DNA of 64,000 nt, taken from NCBI GenBank assembly GCA_964556485.1, contig CAZKVV010000001.1, positions 148,551 to 212,550 of the forward strand, written 5' to 3'. The notes beneath the pieces are model-generated. The model was not told where the DNA came from. It saw only the letters and a list, made by a program, of their open reading frames with translations, and searched no databases. A program made the position numbers and the translations under genes. How positions within the stretch are numbered: position 1 is the stretch's first letter; every line of letters begins with the position of its first letter. The stretch is from an uncultured Pseudomonadales bacterium. GTDB lineage: Bacteria; Patescibacteriota; Microgenomatia; UBA1400; PJMF01. Of the stretch, positions 37,600 to 46,504 are shown one piece after another.

Positions 37600-37869
37600 T
37601 TAGCCAAGTTCAACTTCTTCACAAGCCACAGCAGCTAATCCTCGCACTGTTGTTACGCTCTCCTCTGCCGCGAGTTCTTTAGCGTTAAGATTAATTTGGA
37701 GCTCGTCATTTACTGCTGCAACAATGCGCAAAAAATCGGTTGGGCCAATTTCGAGTTCTTCATCAAGGATTGAATCGGGCGTGATTTCTTCAAAATCAGT
37801 GCCGGTTTCATCAGAAATAATGGTTCGAACTTGCTCAAGTATTGTTTCGTAGAGTTCTTGGTTAGTCAT
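37600..37869 (-). CDS. Acyl-carrier-protein-like protein lacking the DSL serine
   Basis: Acidic four-helix pattern (VRTIISDE...ITPDS.L...TV..L) directly upstream of rnc; ELEIGPTDF replaces DLGxDSLD. Confidence 0.65.
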   Translation of the reverse strand: MTNQELYETILEQVRTIISDETGTDFEEITPDSILDEELEIGPTDFLRIVAAVNDELQINLNAKELAAEESVTTVRGLAAVACEEVELG

Positions 37870-38284
37870 GCTGATATTCCTCTTCTTTTTCTGTTGTTTC
37901 TTCATTAGTAGCTTCTTCTCCTTCTGGAAGAAGTAATGTGGCTAGCGCGCCATTAATAAACCTTGACGATGATTCGCTACCAAACTCTTTTGCCATCTCA
38001 ATAGCTTCATTGATTAACACTTTTTTTGGCGTATCTTTATGTTTTGATTCAAACACAATGCTACGTAGGATTGCAAGGTCCACTTGGTTAATTTCAGAAA
38101 GAGGTCTCTCTGGTGCTACAACCTGGATTTCAGCGTCTAGTTCTGTGAGTGAGGTTAGAATCTTGTAAATCGTAGAATCTGGCTCTCGCTCTTCCAAGCA
38201 AATAGCTGTATTTTGATCATTAAAAGTACAAGCAAATAAATCTTGCATTACTTTAATTCGTTTATCGTGTCGATAATCGGACAT
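37862..38284 (-). CDS. nusB: Transcription antitermination factor NusB
   Basis: VDLAILR, INEAIEMAKEFG and FINGAL. Confidence 0.93.
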   Translation of the reverse strand: MSDYRHDKRIKVMQDLFACTFNDQNTAICLEEREPDSTIYKILTSLTELDAEIQVVAPERPLSEINQVDLAILRSIVFESKHKDTPKKVLINEAIEMAKEFGSESSSRFINGALATLLLPEGEEATNEETTEKEEEYQHD

Positions 38285-38358
38285 ACAGTGACCCTATCCA
38301 CGCATTGAGGCTCACCTTCTAAAGGCGAGGACTGCGCTTAGTGTGTAACGAGAATTCG

Positions 38359-38520
38359 TTACTGTTTGATACCTACTTTTTTAAGGATATCATTAACTAG
38401 AGACTGTTTGTGAAGAGGAACCTTAGCAACGTTCGCATCTTTAGTTACTGTTGGTGTATTGCCTCGGCGTCTTTTACCTCGTTCAACACTTGTTATCTTA
38501 TTTTTTGGTAGTGCTCCCAT
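38359..38520 (-). CDS. rpmF: 50S ribosomal protein L32, divergent and Cys-free
   Basis: Translated by hand (below the track cutoff): MGALPKNKITSVERGKRRRGNTPTVTKDANVAKVPLHKQSLVNDILKKVGIKQ; bL32-like N-terminus and rpmF-nusB-acp-rnc context. Confidence 0.7.
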   Translation of the reverse strand: MGALPKNKITSVERGKRRRGNTPTVTKDANVAKVPLHKQSLVNDILKKVGIKQ

Positions 38521-38623
38521 GGGGCCTTTCTTATCTTTTCGGTGGTAATTTTTGTGTTAGGTGTGCAGTATAGCACTTACATATACAAGAATCCCAGAGC
38601 CTAGAATAGTATCACTAGAGTAG

Positions 38624-40618
38624 TTAGTTGGCAAGTGGAATACTCTTGGTGGGTGTAGTGGTAAAAAGTGCCGACTCCCAGTGGGGTGGTAGGGTTTCTG
38701 AAACTGCCTTTGCGGTGGTAATGAGTTCAAGATTTGCCCAGTCTGCAAACTGCAAGGTTGAAAAGCCATGCTGACTGGTCCCGAAGATATCACCAGACCC
38801 TCTATTTTGGAGGTCTAATTCTGCAAGCTCTAGGCCTTTTTGAAGTTTGGTAAATGCTGACAAACGATTTTTGCTGGCAAGCGAATGACTGTTATTGAAC
38901 AGTATACAGTAGCCTTGTTGGCCAGCACGCCCGACTCTTCCCCGGAGTTGATGTAAGCTTGCAAGACCAAATCTTTCTGCGGCTTCGATAACAATAATGC
39001 TGGCTTTTGGTAAATCGAGACCAACTTCAACCATTGGTGTGGTGACCAAGACTTGAATCTCGCCTGCATACAGCTTTTTTATGACTGCGTTTTTCTCCGT
39101 TTTTTTCTGTCTACCATGCAGCAGGCCTAGTTTAAGCTCTGGAAATTGAGTTGTATATTCTTCCTGTAGTTTTGCAAATGTCTCCTCTGCCGCAGCAACA
39201 TTTTCTAGCGCTTCATACTCAGAAGGGTCAATAAAGGGACAAACAACGATTGCTTGTTGATCATTTGTTAGCACTTGCTGGGCTAGCCAAATCAGGGAGT
39301 CATGTCTTTTTGCCTCTGGAATTAACCACGTCTTGGTTTGTAGTCTGCCTTTGGGAAGTTCGTCAATAACGCTGACTCCTAGGTGAGAAAATAAGGTCAG
39401 GAGTAAGGTTCGAGGTATTGGAGTTGCTGTCATAGTTAACACATGAGGCATATATCCTAAAAACATCGCCTCAGAGCGATGAGAAACGCCAAAGCGGTGT
39501 TGCTCGTCGTAGACGATCAATGCTGGCTGAATTTTTTCCAAAGCGTTAATAACTGCATGTGTTCCCACATAGAAACTTGGTTTTGAGAAATCCTTTATTT
39601 TTACGGTACCGGTAAACAATTCTACTGGCATTTGGGGAAAAAGTTTTCGAAGTGTTTGGACGTGTTGTGCTGCCAAAATCGCCGTAGGTGCAATCAGTGC
39701 ACAACTGTGGCGCTTGGTAACGCACGCACTTGCAGCGAGTCCTGCTACTACCGTTTTTCCTGAGCCAACATCCCCAATGAGTAGTCGGTTCATAGGAGTA
39801 GTGCTGGTTAGTTCTGAAAGTATCGTTTTAGCAGCCGCTTGTTGTGATTGTGTCAATTCAAACGGAATAGCATTGGGAATGCCTTGGAGAATTGTTTGCC
39901 AATTGCCGGTCGGGATCTCAAAAGCTGGCGCAGAGTGCAACTGCTTCCACTCTTCTTTAATTTTGCTTGAAGTAGCAATGAGTGCCAAAAGTTCTTCTAA
40001 TGCTAGGCGATTTCTTGCGGCAACAATTGCTTCTTCAGAATCTGGAAAGTGAATCTGGGCTAGTGCAGTAGTGAGAAGCAATTGAGAAATAGATTGCTTC
40101 TCCCCCTGGACTAAGGTGAAGTTGTCGGTAATTTCCTTGAGAATCCGGCGCAAACTACCTTCTTTAATGGGAATAGTACTACTATAATGCGGCACTAATC
40201 GATTGGTGTGGATGGTATTTTCTGAAACTTTTTCAATAACTGGTTGGGTCATTGATTTATACTTTGAGCTTACTTTTCCACTGATAAAGTATTCTCTGCC
40301 TTCAGTAATATTGCTGATGACATGTGGATTGTTAAACCACATCAGCTTAACAGAACCAGTCGCATCGATTGCCTTTGCAGATTGGATGCTTTTTCTTCCT
40401 TTATAGAATGTTTTTGGAGCAGAAATGATTGCTTTAATGGTGACAATTTCATCAACTGGAGCTTCAGCAATAAATACCTGCAGCGAACGGTCTTCATAGC
40501 GGAGTGGAACTGCTAACAGTAAATCTTTGACAGTGAAATAGTCATTTTTGTGTAGCAGTGCAACGAGTTTCTCCCCTATGCCTTTGACGGCGACAAGAGG
40601 TGTAGAAAAAGTGTACAT
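38624..40618 (-). CDS. recG: ATP-dependent DNA helicase RecG
   Basis: MNRLLIGDVGSGKT, DEQHRFGV, MTATPIPRT and QLRGRVGR; start MYTF at 40618. Confidence 0.95.
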   Translation of the reverse strand: MYTFSTPLVAVKGIGEKLVALLHKNDYFTVKDLLLAVPLRYEDRSLQVFIAEAPVDEIVTIKAIISAPKTFYKGRKSIQSAKAIDATGSVKLMWFNNPHVISNITEGREYFISGKVSSKYKSMTQPVIEKVSENTIHTNRLVPHYSSTIPIKEGSLRRILKEITDNFTLVQGEKQSISQLLLTTALAQIHFPDSEEAIVAARNRLALEELLALIATSSKIKEEWKQLHSAPAFEIPTGNWQTILQGIPNAIPFELTQSQQAAAKTILSELTSTTPMNRLLIGDVGSGKTVVAGLAASACVTKRHSCALIAPTAILAAQHVQTLRKLFPQMPVELFTGTVKIKDFSKPSFYVGTHAVINALEKIQPALIVYDEQHRFGVSHRSEAMFLGYMPHVLTMTATPIPRTLLLTLFSHLGVSVIDELPKGRLQTKTWLIPEAKRHDSLIWLAQQVLTNDQQAIVVCPFIDPSEYEALENVAAAEETFAKLQEEYTTQFPELKLGLLHGRQKKTEKNAVIKKLYAGEIQVLVTTPMVEVGLDLPKASIIVIEAAERFGLASLHQLRGRVGRAGQQGYCILFNNSHSLASKNRLSAFTKLQKGLELAELDLQNRGSGDIFGTSQHGFSTLQFADWANLELITTAKAVSETLPPHWESALFTTTPTKSIPLAN

Positions 40619-40622
40619 GGTA

Positions 40623-40724
40623 TTACAACAAGAATAAGCCACTTGCAAGACTACTGAGCACCAGGACTAAGATAATCATGATCACAAAAACATTGAGTAT
40701 TTTCTTCTTGACTGCCTTTTTCAT
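40623..40724 (-). CDS. Small single-TM protein (33 aa), DUF4044/Prli42-like
   Basis: Translated by hand: MKKAVKKKILNVFVIMIILVLVLSSLASGLFLL, with AAGGAG SD; fills the tyrS-recG gap. Confidence 0.7.
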   Translation of the reverse strand: MKKAVKKKILNVFVIMIILVLVLSSLASGLFLL

Positions 40725-40736
40725 GTTCTCCTTACG

Positions 40737-41960
40737 TTACGCTAGTGATAGTGCAAAATAGGCACGTTTACCAATTCGCAGATGGGTTACTGTTTTTGTT
40801 GGTTGCGTGATGGTTATCACGTATTGAGGATCACTAGGACGTTCACTACTGTGATCACTGTAAAAAATTTCGACTGCTCCCTGCATGATTAATCTACGCA
40901 AATTGGAGCTGCTTTCTTCTGACATGCACAGTTTAACGCATTCAAGCAGACTGATGAGGTCTTGGTTAATTTGCACTGTCGGCATGTCGACTGGCAGCTC
41001 TTTGTTTTGAACCGTTTTTTCGAAATGTTCTTGAGCCGATGTAGCAGCTTTGGTGTCGTGATACATTTCTGTAATACAAAAAGCTAGTTGCTTTTTAAAC
41101 TGCATGGGGTTTCCCCCCGCTCCTATGGCTGCCTGCATCGTTTCAATTTCATCACTCGATACTGAAGTAAGCACTAAAAAGTACTCGATTACCATTGAGT
41201 CAGCAATTGACATCAACTTTCCATACATATCAATAGGATTTTCGGTAAGCGCAATAAAATTATCGTACGACTTACTCATTTTTCGACCGTCAGTGCCATT
41301 AATTATTGGTGTGGTGAGCACCCACTTCTCTTTGTTGTGGTACTGTTTTTGCAAAGATCGACCCATCATCATGTTGAAGGTTTGGTCTGTTCCACCAATT
41401 TCTAAATCAACGTCCATGACAACTGAATCATAACCTTGTAGCAGTGGGTACATAATTTCATGTCCATGAATAGGTAGATTTTTAGACATTCTTTCCTGAA
41501 ACATGTCTCGCTCTAACAATTGCTGCACCGTGGTTTTAGCCATTAGTTTAACAATGTCTGAGTAGGTGAGTTTATCTAGCCAGTCGCCGTTGTATTTAAT
41601 TTCAATTTTAGAAAAATCGAGAACTTTGCTAGCCTGCTCCTTCCATGTTTGAAAATTCTCAATAATTTTTTCATTGGTGAGTTCGGGACGTGTAGAGTCT
41701 CTGCCCGTTGGGTCACCAATTTTTACGGTACCGTTGCCGATAAGTAAAATGACCTCGTGTCCTAGTTCTGCAAATTGCTGAAGTTTCCGTAGAACCACGC
41801 TGTGACCCAGGGTAAGGAGTGATCCAGTAGGATCTATGCCTAAGTATAATTTTAGACGTCTGCTTTGTAAGGCTTTTTTAAGTTCCTCAGTACTTGGAAG
41901 TACTTCTGCAACTCCGCGAGTTAGTACTTCATCAATTGAAAACGTTGTTTGATCTGTCAT
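40737..41960 (-). CDS. tyrS: Tyrosine-tRNA ligase
   Basis: YLGIDPTG..LTLGH, YPLLQGYD, GGTDQ and KMSKS. Confidence 0.97.
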   Translation of the reverse strand: MTDQTTFSIDEVLTRGVAEVLPSTEELKKALQSRRLKLYLGIDPTGSLLTLGHSVVLRKLQQFAELGHEVILLIGNGTVKIGDPTGRDSTRPELTNEKIIENFQTWKEQASKVLDFSKIEIKYNGDWLDKLTYSDIVKLMAKTTVQQLLERDMFQERMSKNLPIHGHEIMYPLLQGYDSVVMDVDLEIGGTDQTFNMMMGRSLQKQYHNKEKWVLTTPIINGTDGRKMSKSYDNFIALTENPIDMYGKLMSIADSMVIEYFLVLTSVSSDEIETMQAAIGAGGNPMQFKKQLAFCITEMYHDTKAATSAQEHFEKTVQNKELPVDMPTVQINQDLISLLECVKLCMSEESSSNLRRLIMQGAVEIFYSDHSSERPSDPQYVITITQPTKTVTHLRIGKRAYFALSLA

Positions 41961-41978
41961 ACCAGTGTATTGTACAGC

Positions 41979-42248
41979 TTACCGCTGCACCTTTCTTGAT
42001 GCTTTCATAATGAGTTCAAAGATTTGTTCAACATATTCTTGCGGAAGTTCTTGCAGCTTTGCTCGTTCTCGCATATTTGAAATAACTTGGTGTTCGCGTT
42101 CGTAGTCTCTCACCTTTAGCCCAAGCTCCTTTTTGAGCTCCCCAACTTTTTTAGTGATCTCCATACGCTTTCCCAGCAGATCTATGATTTGATTGTTTAG
42201 CGTATCGATCTCTACTCGAAAATATTCAATTTGTTTCATGCTTGCCAT
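41979..42248 (-). CDS. Chorismate mutase (AroQ/CM_2), monofunctional
   Basis: R.EID..N.QII.LL.KR....VG..K...V.D..RE; AGGAG SD before the ATG at 42248. Confidence 0.88.
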   Translation of the reverse strand: MASMKQIEYFRVEIDTLNNQIIDLLGKRMEITKKVGELKKELGLKVRDYEREHQVISNMRERAKLQELPQEYVEQIFELIMKASRKVQR

Positions 42249-42269
42249 TTTTACTCCTTTATTTTTCAT

Positions 42270-42296
42270 AAAAAAAGCCCCTATTTATTTGGGGCT
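42270..42296 (-). terminator. Attenuator terminator upstream of chorismate mutase
   Basis: AGCCCC-AAATAAATA-GGGGCT followed by a U-tract on the minus strand. Confidence 0.8.
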
Positions 42297-42327
42297 GTCG
42301 GAAGATGTTGTCGTACTGATTGAGCCC

Positions 42328-42381
42328 CTAGCTGTTACTAAGATTGTAAGAATAGCTGGAGAATTGAGTGTACGTTCTCAT
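42328..42381 (-). CDS. Putative Tyr/Phe attenuation leader peptide (17 aa)
   Basis: MRTYTQFSSYSYNLSNS*; the stop codon overlaps a second TAGGGGCT that can pair with the terminator 5' arm. Confidence 0.65.
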   Translation of the reverse strand: MRTYTQFSSYSYNLSNS

Positions 42382-42445
42382 AACAATACTTATTGTAACA
42401 TGTGCATTTTTTGTTTGCAGCTTAGATCAATGGTAAAATGGCAGA

Positions 42446-45268
42446 ATGAAACCAACTGTGCAAAAGCTTGTGGTGCAATTCAAACAAGCAATTCATACAC
42501 TCGACGCTCGGCTCACTACTCGATTTGTGTGGTATCCTCAACTTAAAGGCAGACTACAGCAAAAGAGCCAAGTAGTGTTTAATGAAGTTACTATGTTCAT
42601 GCGTCGCAAACAACGAGCTCGATCAAGAAAAGCTGGAGCAATAAATCCAGATCAAATGAAGCTTCGATACCTCAAGCTGTTTCGCTTTGGCGCCATAGCC
42701 TCTGTAGGTGGTGCTCTTGCAATGATTGTGTTGTTTTTTGTCGCAGTGGCATGGTTCTCTCGAGAACTGCCAAAACCAGGAGAAGTTGTTCGTCGTGAAG
42801 GATACAGTACTAAGATTTATGATCGCAATGGTGGACTCCTGTATGATCTTTTTGATGAAGAACGCAGAAATCCAGTCAAAACTGAAGATATACCAGAGCA
42901 TCTCAAACAAGCTGTTGTTGCAATCGAAGATAAAGATTTTTACAAGCACAGTGGGTTCGACTATTTAACTATATTGCGTATTCCATACAATTTTATTTTC
43001 AAACAACGCGTAGTTGGTGGTTCAACACTTACCCAACAGTTGGTCAAGAATGCTCTACTCACCAATGAACGAAGTATTTCAAGAAAATTTAAAGAATTTG
43101 TGTTGTCTTTGCAGTTAGAGCGCAAATTTTCTAAAGACGAAATTTTAACAATGTATCTTAATGAAGCTCCATATGGCGGCACTGCTTGGGGTGTTGGTAC
43201 TGCATCAGAAATTTATTTCAACAAAAAAGTAAATGAATTGAATTTAGTAGAATCAGCAATTTTGGCCGGACTTCCTCAACGACCTTCAGCCTACTCTCCC
43301 TACATTGGCAAAACAGATGATGATGGCGAACCACTTTGGAAGCTCCGCACCAGAGGTGTCTTGCGCAGAATGCAAGAGGATAACTACATTACCGACTTGG
43401 CGTATGAGCAATCTCTCGTAGATTTAGATAAGGTTGTGTTTGAACGCGGCTCGGTAGACATTAAAGCCCCTCATTTTGTTTTCTATGTTCAGGATCAGTT
43501 GGAAGAATTACTAGGTGAAGATGTGGTAAATGCCGGTGGATTTAAAGTTACTACTACTCTAGATTGGATCCTGCAGGAAGAAGCGCAAGCTATTGTGAAA
43601 GAGGAGATAGATGATGTAGCTCGTTTGAATATTACCAATGGCGCCGCAGTTATGATTGCACCTTCTAATGGTGAAATTATTGCCATGGTTGGAAGTAGAG
43701 ACTACAACGAATCGAGCATGAGTGGTCAGTTTAACGTTGTTGTAGATGGACTTCGACAGCCAGGATCTGCAATTAAACCAATCACCTATTTAGCTATGTT
43801 CCAACGAGGTTTTGCCCCATCAACAATGCTTGCTGACGTACAGACAACTTTCACACAGAATGACCAAATCGATCCATATGAACCAAAAAACTATGACGGT
43901 AAGTTTCGGGGTCCGGTTTCAATTCGTAATAGTTTGGGGAGTTCGCTCAATATTCCTGCGGTGAAGTCGCTAGCAACTGTTGGTGTTGGCTCGTTTTTAC
44001 AGCTCGCATATGACATGGGACTCAATACTTTTGAACCTACAGAAGCAAACATGAAGCGCTTTGGTTTAGCTGTTACGCTTGGTGGTGCAGAAGTGCACAT
44101 GCTAGATTTAGCTTCGGCATACAGTGCCTTTGCAAATGGTGGCAGCAGGGTTGCGCCAGTTTCAATTTTGAAAGTTGAAGATGCAAATGGTCGTACCGTG
44201 TACGCTCATAAACAGGTTTCAGGCAAAAAGGTCATGACGCCTCAAGAGGCATTTTTGATTAATCACATTTTGTCCGACAACGTTGCTCGTTACACTGCCT
44301 TTGGTTCTAACTCTCTCTTAAACTTGGGTGCCGGAGTAGCGGTCAAAACAGGTACTACTAATGATCAACGTGATAACTGGGCTATTGGTTGGAGCAGAGA
44401 TGTGCTCGTTACCGCATGGGTTGGAAATAATGATAATAGTGCAATGAAGCAAGTCGCCTCCGGTGTTTCTGGTGCAACTCCTATATGGAGACGCATCATG
44501 CAGGCTGCGCTAGAAAAGGATGGCATAGAGGCACCAGCCTGGGAGCCGCCACAAGGTGTGGAAAAAGTGAAAGTTGATGCAATTTCTGGGTATCCAGAAC
44601 ACGATTCTTTCCCGGCTCTAGAAGATTATTTTATTGCAGGTACTGTTCCAGAACTTCCAGATCCAGTTCATAGCAACTTAAAATTGTGTAAAGGTGAACG
44701 AAAATTAGCAACAGACGCTAAAATTGCCGCAAATGATTTTGATCTTTCTGAATTCATTATCTTAAATGAAAAAGATCCCTACAGTGAAGATGGCACTAAT
44801 AGATGGCAGCTGGGTATTAATTCTTGGATAAGTGGTCAAGAAGATAGTAGATACAAGGTGCCAACTGAGTACTGTGGAGACCAAGGTGAAGTTTTCGTGG
44901 ATGTGCGTGAACCACAAAATGAAAAGAATTTTGATGGCGAGTCGATTAAAATAGTTATTGAAGCTGAATCGCCAGAAGGAATTGAGAAAGTTGAGTTATA
45001 TGTTGATGGTCAATTGCGTGAAACTATTACTAATCGCAGGTACGAAGGAAATATTAGTTTGCCAAAAGGTAAGCACGAAATTTACGCTAAAGCATTTGAT
45101 AAAAAAGGCAAAGAACGTACTAGTAGCAAGAAGAAAATTGGAACGGGTGGTGTTACATGGAACCAAGCAGATCCAAGCCCTACCCCTACTCCTTCTCCTT
45201 CACCTACACCAGTACTTTCACCAATTCCAAGCGTGTTACCAAGTCTCACTCCTTCGCCCACACCATAA
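42446..45268 (+). CDS. Class A penicillin-binding protein (PBP1A family)
   Basis: Glycosyltransferase motifs EDKDFY.H, GGSTLTQQLVKN, RKFKE; transpeptidase motifs GSAIKP, SLN, KTGT; C-terminal Ig-like domain and Pro/Ser/Thr tail. Confidence 0.94.
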   Translation: MKPTVQKLVVQFKQAIHTLDARLTTRFVWYPQLKGRLQQKSQVVFNEVTMFMRRKQRARSRKAGAINPDQMKLRYLKLFRFGAIASVGGALAMIVLFFVAVAWFSRELPKPGEVVRREGYSTKIYDRNGGLLYDLFDEERRNPVKTEDIPEHLKQAVVAIEDKDFYKHSGFDYLTILRIPYNFIFKQRVVGGSTLTQQLVKNALLTNERSISRKFKEFVLSLQLERKFSKDEILTMYLNEAPYGGTAWGVGTASEIYFNKKVNELNLVESAILAGLPQRPSAYSPYIGKTDDDGEPLWKLRTRGVLRRMQEDNYITDLAYEQSLVDLDKVVFERGSVDIKAPHFVFYVQDQLEELLGEDVVNAGGFKVTTTLDWILQEEAQAIVKEEIDDVARLNITNGAAVMIAPSNGEIIAMVGSRDYNESSMSGQFNVVVDGLRQPGSAIKPITYLAMFQRGFAPSTMLADVQTTFTQNDQIDPYEPKNYDGKFRGPVSIRNSLGSSLNIPAVKSLATVGVGSFLQLAYDMGLNTFEPTEANMKRFGLAVTLGGAEVHMLDLASAYSAFANGGSRVAPVSILKVEDANGRTVYAHKQVSGKKVMTPQEAFLINHILSDNVARYTAFGSNSLLNLGAGVAVKTGTTNDQRDNWAIGWSRDVLVTAWVGNNDNSAMKQVASGVSGATPIWRRIMQAALEKDGIEAPAWEPPQGVEKVKVDAISGYPEHDSFPALEDYFIAGTVPELPDPVHSNLKLCKGERKLATDAKIAANDFDLSEFIILNEKDPYSEDGTNRWQLGINSWISGQEDSRYKVPTEYCGDQGEVFVDVREPQNEKNFDGESIKIVIEAESPEGIEKVELYVDGQLRETITNRRYEGNISLPKGKHEIYAKAFDKKGKERTSSKKKIGTGGVTWNQADPSPTPTPSPSPTPVLSPIPSVLPSLTPSPTP

Positions 45269-46504
45269 CAGCAAAATCACAAGTAGAAGTTGGCCTGATT
45301 GCAACGTGTACACGTAGTGATCTAACACAAGCAGCGGCAGGGAAAGTAACGCGGCATATCCTAAAGTCTGCAGCAAAAAATGGTGCGTTTTTTTTGAGTA
45401 CAATTTGTAAACAATTGTAACAATTGTCAGTATCCCTACTAGACCTATTTCTGCCAAGAGTAAGATACCTACATGATGTGCAGGTTGGACAAATCGTACC
45501 ACTTCTTTTGTAGGACTATATTTTTCAACTTGGCTTGTGAACGCACCAACCCCTACTCCTGCAACTGGGTTAGCTACAAACATTTGCCAACCAGCAACAG
45601 ATAAGTATCCTCTTCGAGTAATCGAAGCATTTGAAGTTTTCCAGAATGGCAGCAGGAGTGGCACCACGAGTAATGCCGTCACATACAGTGCGACAATTAG
45701 TTTTCTGGCAGGTTTGTTTTGTAAAAAGAGCCACAACAGGCCAAACATAAAAACGAGCAACGCTGAGAACGATTGAGTGAGGAGTAAACAGCACAAACCT
45801 AGGCCAAGTACTGCGCTATTTGGTTTTGTGCTCAGTTGCAGGTAGATCAACAGATACACTGCAAGGACTCCACCGAGTACGTTGGGATGTGCGGTGGTTC
45901 CGTATGGCAATACTTTTTCTATTCCGCCATGAGTTGTTTTTGCGAGACCTGCAAAGCTGGAAATGTTTGTTTCTCCTAAAAACCAGTAGCCCGCCAGTGA
46001 TTTTTGCATTCCAAATTGGTATATACCTACCAAACTTTGAAGCATGATAGTTGCGGCAACTGCAAAGATCGATACTTTTGATGGTATTTTGGTTTTTAGT
46101 TGCCAAGCTACAGCAAAAAACAGAGTAAATAGTAGTAATTTAGCTAAGAGCCAAACTGACAAAATGGGTATCTGCAGGGTTAGCTGGAATACGCTAAACA
46201 GTACAAAAAAGACTCCACTGATTTGAAATGTTTGATTTTTTAAGAGTCGTTTAAAAGCTGGAATCAGTGTTTTTTTATACACCACCAATCCAACTACAGT
46301 AGCTGCGCCGATCAGAATGTCGGAAAGATACAACTTGGGAAGGAGATAGTCTACTCGAAGTCCATGCACTCGACTATTAACTTCAGTTAGCACTAAAAAT
46401 AAGTTGGTTGGAACCAAAAAAATGACAACGGCTAACAAAATCTCAAAGAATTTTTTCACACCATCAGTATACTGCGCATGCCAAGATTTGCTATACTGTG
46501 CCAA
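45236..46504 (-). CDS. O-antigen ligase (Wzy_C) family membrane protein
   Basis: YGTTAHPNVLGG, LLTQS, P.AGVG.G.F and PAHH...LAEIG; start uncertain. Confidence 0.82.
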   Translation of the reverse strand: MAQYSKSWHAQYTDGVKKFFEILLAVVIFLVPTNLFLVLTEVNSRVHGLRVDYLLPKLYLSDILIGAATVVGLVVYKKTLIPAFKRLLKNQTFQISGVFFVLFSVFQLTLQIPILSVWLLAKLLLFTLFFAVAWQLKTKIPSKVSIFAVAATIMLQSLVGIYQFGMQKSLAGYWFLGETNISSFAGLAKTTHGGIEKVLPYGTTAHPNVLGGVLAVYLLIYLQLSTKPNSAVLGLGLCCLLLTQSFSALLVFMFGLLWLFLQNKPARKLIVALYVTALLVVPLLLPFWKTSNASITRRGYLSVAGWQMFVANPVAGVGVGAFTSQVEKYSPTKEVVRFVQPAHHVGILLLAEIGLVGILTIVTIVYKLYSKKTHHFLLQTLGYAALLSLPLLVLDHYVYTLQSGQLLLVILLLWCGRRSETW

